Source: Paraspadella gotoi (Eukaryota > Animalia > Chaetognatha). Taken from it: 64,000 nucleotides of DNA. A program made the translations under genes and the position numbers. Below, in pieces: positions 54,747-64,000 of this stretch (within the stretch, counting starts at the first letter, position 1; every line of letters begins with the position of its first letter). The stretch lies in NCBI GenBank assembly GCA_051294375.1, contig CM119264.1, forward strand, positions 3,970,699-4,034,698. Direction: 5' to 3'. The notes beneath the pieces are model-generated. The model made no database searches. It was not told where the DNA came from and saw only the letters and a list, made by a program, of their open reading frames with translations.

Positions 54747-55416
54747 ATTTCTTAAGGCCAGAATGCGCTCATCCACGTCCTAACGGAATCGGAAAAAGAG
54801 AAGGCCGATGAAATATGACGGGTTTTAAGTCGATAAGACGAAAGCCGAGGAGAGACGGCCCGCGCATGCGCTGATGGCTCCGAGGGGGAAAGTTAGCCAA
54901 AGCCGACGGGGAGTTGGGCGAGAATTTTAGGGGGTGAGTGAAGTAGTTGAAGGGGGGTAGGGAGGGGGTGGTGAACCTGGGTTCGTTTTAGTTTCACGGG
55001 ATGGAAAAGTGAAAGAAGGATAAGAAAAAAGATAAGAAAGAGGGAACGGGGAAAAGAAGAAGAAGTTTGAAGTGTGAAAGAAGATTGTTGAAAGTAGAAA
55101 GAGAAAGAAAAAGGAAAGAAGAAAAAAAATTAAGGAGAATCTGAGAAAGAAAAAGGAGAAGGGATAAGAGATGATAAAGAAGAAGGGAAATGGGATAATC
55201 AGTGAAAAAAGAAGGATAATGAAATAAGGGAACATAAAGAAAATACTTAGGCAAAGTAAGGAGAAGGGAAAAAAAAAAGGAAAAGGAAAAATAAGGGAAA
55301 GAGGATCTTAAGATCTCGACTCTGGAAGGTCAACTTCGAACGACGTCGAGAGATAAAAAGGAGCCCTTCAGCTTTTGACCTCACGTCCTGAGAAGAGGAT
55401 CCGAAGACGGGGATGC

Positions 55417-55525
<109 letters not shown>

Positions 55526-55549
55526 GAGAGAGAGATTGAGAGAGAGAGA

Positions 55550-55609
<60 letters not shown>

Positions 55610-55866
55610 TAAATTAATACTATTCCCTTCCGCTAGCAAACGGATATTCCCCTGCCCCCCCCCATACATTCGTTCTGAATTAGTTCTTTTTATCGCTCAG
55701 AAAGTATAAACTCCATAGACTCTCATCCCCTTACTCTCAGCACCCCTTCTCCCTTTTCTGCGCCCCCCGCCGGTTTCCAATCGTTTTTCATATTCAAAAC
55801 ATTAAAATCAAACGATATTTTTCCAACGCGAAAGTCTGAAACGAAACGCGGTCTCTGACTCGAGAA

Positions 55867-55962
<96 letters not shown>

Positions 55963-56664
55963 AATAAAGAGCGGGAGACCGGAGCGGTTCATTGGGTGAG
56001 AATGGCGTTGGTGCTTGGCTTTGACGTTGGCGATGGCGTTGGTGCTTGCCGTTGACGTTGGCAATGGCGTTAGTGCTTGGCGTTGGTGTGAGCGTTGTTG
56101 ATTGGCAATGGCATTGGTCTTGACCTATTCGTTGGCGTTGGCGTAATAGTTGGAGCTGTGAGAAAATTGACGCGGTCGATAAAACTAAGTCAAGGTCGAT
56201 AACATTAATACTATCATAAACACTTTTAATACAATACAATACAATATCAAGTTATCCAAGAAGGTGTAGTACTTCAATTGCATCAACGTTGCCTTTTTAT
56301 ATCGTTATTCAATCGCAGCCCAGCTGGCGCAAAAAAAAAATTAAATTCCTAATCATAGGAGCAAAGTCTATTTTCTACATTGTCTATTTTGTCATGCACG
56401 CGCGTCACAGCTGGAGCGAAAATGATGGAGCGAGCGTCGCCCTTTGATGAATATTGGTTGGCGAGTGACCTTGAAGGTCAGCCGCAAGGTCAAACCCTTG
56501 CGGCGCCGACCCACCCGGGGGTCAAAAGAATATAAAGGAAAGAAAAAAAAAAGAATAATATCGTGGAGAAAAGAAAGGAGAGAAATGAAGGGCTGGCATA
56601 ATGAAGAAAGGGAGAAAGGAAAAAATGAGGGGGGGAAACAGAATATTGCTTAGGGATAGTGAGG

Positions 56665-56710
<46 letters not shown>

Positions 56711-57099
56711 TCAATTGAAGGTAAGACTATAGTAGTATGGTTATTGCGCTGCGTCGTTTCCATGATTTATGCACTATAATTTCCGGTCCTGACTCGAAGC
56801 TTAAAGCTTTCACTCCTCCCTTGACCAGAAGAAAGGGGGTAAAGAAATACTGGTTGGGCGTTTTCTGTTTTTTAACCAAAGCGGTGATGACGACGTTGAT
56901 GATGTGCAAACACAAATAGTTTTTGATTCACGGAAAAAAACAATAAAATAGTATTTTGAAAAAAAATATATATTTTCGAAATATATATTCAATAACAGGA
57001 ACTACGTAAAAGAAAAGAAAGCAGAAGGCAAGATAAACATTTTTTTCTTTCTGGTGAAATTTCGAGGGGAAAAAGTCGCTGAGTCAGGCATCAATGAGT

Positions 57100-57247
57100 T
57101 GGCATGTCTGGCATGTCTGGCAGGTCTGGCATGTCTGGCATGTCTGGCATGTCTGGCATGTCTGGCATGTCTGGCATGTCTGGCATGTCTGGCATGTCTG
57201 GCAGGTCTGGCATGTCTGGCAGGTCTGGCATGTCTGGCAGGTCTGGC
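57100..57247. repeat. 9-bp tandem repeat, about 16 units
   Basis: Unit TGGCATGTC with TGGCAGGTC variants. Confidence 0.95.
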
Positions 57248-58282
57248 CATTGGCAAAAAGATTGGCGCTGAGAATATTGAATAGGTTGGAGCATTGTGAC
57301 TGCGACGCTAAGATAGGTGCGATCAAAATCAAGCTAATGGAGAAAATGAAAACAAACTAAATTTATGACAAGAAAGAAATACGGACAAAGATGGGTGCGC
57401 GAACAACGTTTCTTTAGAGAGGGCGAAAAAGAAATATACCATCTCTGGAACCGTAAAAAATATGGAGGAAGGCCAAATGGTCGTGAGTATTTTTGTAGGC
57501 TAAGTTTTTTTTAAACGCATTTAAAGTTAATAGGCTAATTTAATTTAAAGATAAGCGATTATAGAACTCAATTGTATTTTTATATTTTGAGATTAAAATC
57601 TGATATCATTTAATCACTTTTTTTAATTAATAACTTTTGAACTAAAGGTTGAGAGCTTTCTCAAAAGAAATCTCTCGGTTTGTAGATATTGATAGACATA
57701 TAGATTTAAAAAATGTCTCAACTTTTTCCACAATTAATAAAACTAAAACTAAAACTAAAACTAAAACTAAAACTAAAACTAAAACTAAAATTAATAATAA
57801 ATTAACCTATTAACTAACTATTAACTAAAAAAAATTTACCACCCCCCCCCTTGGTCCTCTTCCTCCAGAGAGAAGTACTTTCAGATTTTTTTGGTTCCAG
57901 AGATTTTCTTTTTCGTCCTATCTGAAAAACCGTGAAAGACAACCTGCGACATCGATAGCTCAGATAAAAAAGAAAGTGAAATAAGGATAAAATATTGAGT
58001 GTCTGACATTAAACAAGCGCTAGAAACGAGTTTGACGTTGTTCACAAGAATAAAAAATGCAAAGAATTTTAATGAAAACGGGAAAAAAGAAAATAAGAAT
58101 AAAAATGTAGGAGATATGGACCAAAAGAAAAAAAAGAAAACAGATAAAAAGAAAAAAAGATAAAAAAATGAAAAAAACAGATAAGAAAAAAAATGGAAAA
58201 AAAAGAAAGGAAAAGAAAGGAGCGATCGACGTTGCGTCAATTTCATACTTGGGAACCCGGAAGCGCCCTCTGCATTCTGATC

Positions 58283-58313
<31 letters not shown>

Positions 58314-58715
58314 TTCTCCTCTTCCACCTTTCTTGTAGATGGCATCTCAAAACATTCGCCCCCCCTGCCGCCCCTCCATTCCAACCGTCGCTAAAAAAAA
58401 ACAACAAAAGACAAAGAATATTACGCGAACCTCCAAAGAAAATATACTATATAACAATAGCATTTCCACCCCGAAGAAACTATGGAACGAAAATATAGTA
58501 AAACATTAACGCGAACTGTATTATCGTAAAGAGTCTCCCGGCCCGAGATGAAAGGAGAGGAGAGGGACGTAAAAAAAGAAAGAAGGATAAAAAGAAAGAA
58601 AGAAAAAATAAAGGAAAAATGGGGAGAAAGCGGAGGCGAAATATCTCCACGTATTTTCTTCTTTTATCTCTCCTTTGTTACTCCTTTCATCCGAGTTTAT
58701 GGCTAAAAAAGAAAG

Positions 58716-58853
<138 letters not shown>

Positions 58854-59943
58854 CTGATTCCTCTATGGGTTTTCTTTCCTCTCTTGCTCCACTCGTTTTT
58901 AATATCGCCTACTCCGCTCTCCCCCGCCTCCCTGCCTCATTTTCCACTTATCATTTTTTTGTTTCCCTTTCCTTTTCTTTTTCACTCTCACTTTCTACTT
59001 TCCTTTTATTTCTTTCCTTTCCCTTTTCTTTTTCACTCTCACTTTCTCACTTCCTTTTTTCATTCCTTTTCCTTTTTTTTCACTCTCACTTTCTACTTTC
59101 CTTTTTTTCTTTCCTTTTCCTTTTATTTTTCACTCTCACTTTCTACTTTACTTTTTTTTCTTTCCCTTTTCTTTTCTTTGAAACTCTCACTTTCTACTTT
59201 CCTTTTCCTTTAACTCTCTCACATCTCTTCCTTCTTTTCTTCCGTTTCCTCATTTACCAGATTTTCGGTTTTCACACGCTCCCATATTTTCATCTTATGC
59301 TATCCTAATGCTAAACTTACCTTTCTAACACCTCACTCTTCCCTTTGCTTTCTCACTTTCTTTCCTGGAGCGAGGACGAACAAACAAACTTCTGTCTCTT
59401 CCTCCTCTACTTCCTCCTTTTCTTTTTTAACCTCCTTTTCCTCTTCATATTTTTCTTCCTCCTCCCCTTCTCTTTCTCATCTTCTTCTTTTTCCTCTCAT
59501 TCTCTCTCTTCCTCTCTATAATACTTCTCCCACTTTCACCCCTTCTCACTCTCCCTCTTCCCTCTTTCCCCTTACTTCTTTCCTCTCTCCCCCCAATTTT
59601 CATCTTCCTCCCTCTTCCTCCTCTTCCTCCCATTCCCTCCCTCTTCCTCCTCTACCCTCCTCTTCCTCCCTCTTCCTCCTCTTTTCTTCCTCTCTCCTTC
59701 TTCCTTCCTCTTCCTCCTCTTCCTCCCCTCTCTTTTCTTCCTCTTACGAGGGATTTTGGTTCCTTCATAAACTCTGCTTTTTTCCTTTCCGAGATAACAA
59801 AGGAGAAAAAAAAGGAAACATTTAAGAAAGAATAAAAAAGCGACGCGGTTTCTAAATGAAAATGGCGCATCCCTCGAGAAGATTATCTCTCTCTCTCTCT
59901 CTCTCTCTCTCGCCTCTCTCTCTCTCTCTCTCTCATCTCGTCT

Positions 59944-59985
<42 letters not shown>

Positions 59986-62900
59986 TCATTCCGGTAATTT
60001 CTCGATCTCCAAATATTGTTTATTTTTGGTGACGGCATTTCCCTGGAAATGAAAAATAAAAGGCGGGCAGTGGCGGCGGGAGGCTGAGGAACACTCACCC
60101 CAAGCTGCCACGGAACTCACCCCGTGCCTTCNNNNNNNNNNNNNNNNNNNNNNNNNNNNNNNNNNNNNNNNNNNNNNNNNNNNNNNNNNNNNNNNNNNNN
60201 NNNNNNNNNNNNNNNNNNNNNNNNNNNNNNNNNNNNNNNNNNNNNNNNNNNNNNNNNNNNNNNNNNNNNNNNNNNNNNNNNNNNNNNNNNNNNNNNNNNN
60301 NNNNNNNNNNNNNNNNNNNNNNNNNNNNNNNNNNNNNNNNNNNNNNNNNNNNNNNNNNNNNNNNNNNNNNNNNNNNNNNNNNNNNNNNNNNNNNNNNNNN
60401 NNNNNNNNNNNNNNNNNNNNNNNNNNNNNNNNNNNNNNNNNNNNNNNNNNNNNNNNNNNNNNNNNNNNNNNNNNNNNNNNNNNNNNNNNNNNNNNNNNNN
60501 NNNNNNNNNNNNNNNNNNNNNNNNNNNNNNNNNNNNNNNNNNNNNNNNNNNNNNNNNNNNNNNNNNNNNNNNNNNNNNNNNNNNNNNNNNNNNNNNNNNN
60601 NNNNNNNNNNNNNNNNNNNNNNNNNNNNNNNNNNNNNNNNNNNNNNNNNNNNNNNNNNNNNNNNNNNNNNNNNNNNNNNNNNNNNCCCCGCCCATTTTCA
60701 AAATCCCCCCGCCCCCCGCTCCCCCGTCTTCCCCTCCAAGGGTCCAGAGGGCAGATCAAAGACTTTGTTGTCTGCGGTTCGACCAGTCATGGATGAAGAG
60801 GAGGAGGAAGAGGAGGAGGAGAAGAGGAGAAGCAGGAAGAGGAGGAGGACGGGAGGGGTGACGAAAGAAAATAGCCTTGGGTTGTCGGGGTCAGGATCGA
60901 GTTCTCATTGGGTAAAGAATTTCAGTGTCACTGGGTGAGATTTCAAAAGAATCGACGCTTAGATAATTTTCGTGTTTCTTTTCCCCCGATTATTGTCATA
61001 TTGAAGCGTATTGACTAATAATAAGATCGATCATCTTTGTCGTCGACCAATCAAAGGCAGACATTTTGCATATTTATTAGGAGCATCATTTCTCTCGTGC
61101 TGATTGGATGAATTATCAAGAATGCCATTGCAGTTGGGACATCCATCTAAATCTCTAGCGCTCTGAGACATCATCGAAAACTATCAATGATTTTCTGAAA
61201 TGTTGCTTTATCGGAATTTAAATTATGACAGAAACACTTTTTATAACATTTAATAATAAGTACACATATGTACTCGCAAAAGAAAAACCGAAAACTCGCC
61301 AAAAACTAGTACGAGCTCCTCCCAACCCAAAGGACTCGGGTTCGCGCCCTGCTGATTCACACAAGTAAAAGCGGGACGGGGCGTTTAACCCACCTGTAGT
61401 GAGGGACTACAGCCCGATCCGAAGTTCGGGACCTTGTGTGCAACGAAGGGTGAACTGTTTTCCACACTACGAATATTTAGTCGAATTTTATACGAAAGAA
61501 AAAAAGAACAAAAAACTTTTCCTTTTAAAAAAATGTTTCTTCTGAGAAAAATTCTAGTCACATTTTTTGAAAGTAAGAACGACGGGGCATCCCGAGAGAC
61601 GAGCAGACGACGACGACGACGACGACGACGACGATTCTACAAAAACAGTCATGACCCCTAAAGTGAACAAAAGGCGACGNNNNNNNNNNNNNNNNNNNNN
61701 NNNNNNNNNNNNNNNNNNNNNNNNNNNNNNNNNNNNNNNNNNNNNNNNNNNNNNNNNNNNNNNNNNNNNNNNNNNNNNNNNNNNNNNNNNNNNNNNNNNN
61801 NNNNNNNNNNNNNNNNNNNNNNNNNNNNNNNNNNNNNNNNNNNNNNNNNNNNNNNNNNNNNNNNNNNNNNNNNNNNNNNNNNNNNNNNNNNNNNNNNNNN
61901 NNNNNNNNNNNNNNNNNNNNNNNNNNNNNNNNNNNNNNNNNNNNNNNNNNNNNNNNNNNNNNNNNNNNNNNNNNNNNNNNNNNNNNNNNNNNNNNNNNNN
62001 NNNNNNNNNNNNNNNNNNNNNNNNNNNNNNNNNNNNNNNNNNNNNNNNNNNNNNNNNNNNNNNNNNNNNNNNNNNNNNNNNNNNNNNNNNNNNNNNNNNN
62101 NNNNNNNNNNNNNNNNNNNNNNNNNNNNNNNNNNNNNNNNNNNNNNNNNNNNNNNNNNNNNNNNNNNNNNNNNNNNNNNNNNNNNNNNNNNNNNNNNNNN
62201 NNNNNNNNNNNNNNNNNNNNNNNNNNNNNNNNNNNNNNNNNNNNNNNNNNNNNNNNNNNNNNNNNNNNNNNNNNNNNNNNNNNNNNNNNNNNNNNNNNNN
62301 NNNNNNNNNNNNNNNNNNNNNNNNNNNNNTAAAAATTACAATTCTTTTCCAGCTCTTTGTTTCTTGTTTCATCTATAAGTAAATATTTGTTTCTTGTCAA
62401 ACATTTACGATTTTTAACTTTTTGAATTTTTCCAAACTTTTTTTTTATTTTGAAACTTTTGTATTTATTTTTTTTATTATCTCGTTTTCCTCTTTTCTTT
62501 TCTTTTTTTCGAATTTTTTTCTTTCTTAAAAAAAAGAAAGAAAATTCTCGCTTAAAGATAAAAAAAAAAACTTCTTTCCTTTCTTCACCCTATCATTTCT
62601 TTTCTCTGAGCATTCCTCCTCTTTTTATGAATTCACCTCATATTTTCTTCGGGTCACGTTCCTCGTTTTTCTTCTCTTTTTCATTTCTTTTCTTTTCTTT
62701 TCTTTTCTTTTCTTTTTTCTTTCTTTTTTCTTTTTTCTTTCTTTTTATTCTTTTTTTATTTTCTTTTCTTTTTTTTCTACGTACATCTGTTCTTTGATCA
62801 CCTTCCCATTATTTCTCTTTTGTACTCTTGTTTAAGTTGTCTTTTGTTTGTTTTTGTCTCTTCAATATTTTTCCTTCTCTTACATCTTTATTTATCAATT

Positions 62901-63117
62901 TTTTAAGTATTTTTTTTGTTTCTTTCCTTTTTATTTTTATTCTGTTTTTTTTTTCATCATGATCTCCTCCTCTTTTTTTTCCATTCACTTTCTTTTCTTT
63001 TTCCTCCTCTATTTCCCTTCTCCTCTCTACGCCCTCAGGTCAATCTCCTAACTTAATTTTCCTCTCCCGTCTTTCTCATTCATCTCCGCATCGAAGTCCA
63101 TTTTTTCTTTAATTCTA

Positions 63118-63601
63118 GTTGGTTCAATCAATTCAATCTAATCCTGGTTGGTTCAATCAATTCAATTCAATCCTGGTTGGTTCAATCAATTCAATTCAAT
63201 CCTGGTTGGTTCAATCAATTCAATTCATTCCTGGTTTGTTCAATCAATTCAATTAAATCCTGGTTGGTTCAATCAATNNNNNNNNNNNNNNNNNNNNNNN
63301 NNNNNNNNNNNNNNNNNNNNNNNNNNNNNNNNNNNNNNNNNNNNNNNNNNNNNNNNNNNNNNNNNNNNNNNNNNNNNNNNNNNNNNNNNNNNNNNNNNNN
63401 NNNNNNNNNNNNNNNNNNNNNNNNNNNNNNNNNNNNNNNNNNNNNNNNNNNNNNNNNNNNNNNNNNNNNNNNNNNNNNNNNNNNNNNNNNNNNNNNNNNN
63501 NNNNNNNNNNNNNNNNNNNNNNNNNNNNNNNNNNNNNGTTGGTTCAATCAATTCAATTCAATCCTTGTTGGTTCTATCAATTAAATTCCATCCTGGTTGG
63601 T
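63118..63601. repeat. 29-bp satellite spanning a gap
   Basis: Unit TCCTGGTTGGTTCAATCAATTCAATTCAA on both sides of the 63278-63537 gap. Confidence 0.9.
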
Positions 63602-63701
63602 TCCCACTAATCAATCCTATACCTTTTACTTTTTTTTTTATTCCCTTCGATTCTTTTTTCTTCTTTTTTAAACTCACCTTTCGTATTTTCTCTTTCCATG
63701 A

Positions 63702-63736
<35 letters not shown>

Positions 63737-64000
63737 TCCCTCCCCACATATCCCCTTCCGACCCCCGTAACCCCGCCCCCATTGACGCGACCCCGGAAGC
63801 GAGAGGGCGTAACGGGTCAGCGAGGAAGGTGAAACTTGTTTTTCTCAAATCCTAATTTTGGAACGATTAGAAAATCTGAACGATTTACTCTCTTTTAGAA
63901 AGAGATTTTAGTCGCCCTTCTAAAGAGATATTTTGATTTTCTTTCGTTCTTTTTGTTTTAATATAGATTATTTTAAAATATACAATGTATCTTGCTTGTT

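Noticed and set aside
57054-57360. (CQT)n, (ACL)n or (WHV)n metal-binding or antifreeze-like repeat protein
   Set aside because: A 9-bp tandem repeat that is open in all frames, with no synonymous variation pattern or splice context.
61320-61360. tRNA or tRNA-SINE B-box-like GGTTCGCGCCC
   Set aside because: No convincing A box or cloverleaf, and no second copy in the window.

Overview
Animal (invertebrate-like) nuclear genomic DNA from a draft assembly: rich in microsatellites, spliceosomal introns, nine N gaps. The species cannot be determined from this window. Nearly all listed ORFs are artefacts of (AG)n/(CT)n repeats or N runs. Two spliced genes can be built by hand on the + strand. (1) A highly divergent ionotropic-glutamate-receptor/IR-like membrane protein starting at 18340, whose gap-hidden exons are readable in an error-rich second copy at ~31.5-37.3 kb. 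(2) A ~195-aa secreted protein (44772-51337) made of a signal peptide, three tandem symmetric phase-1 exons each encoding an 8-Cys hevein-like module with a visible excess of amino-acid-changing substitutions, and a KR plus acidic tail. Gene 2's introns and flanks hold several DINE-1-like Helentron-associated elements (one with a matching empty site), a nested TG..CA insertion, and a Penelope-type minimal hammerhead ribozyme next to a GIY-YIG-like fragment. Two apparent segmental duplications flank exactly-25-N gaps and look like uncorrected long-read gap-fill artefacts; 22.3-38.4 kb is largely noisy sequence.
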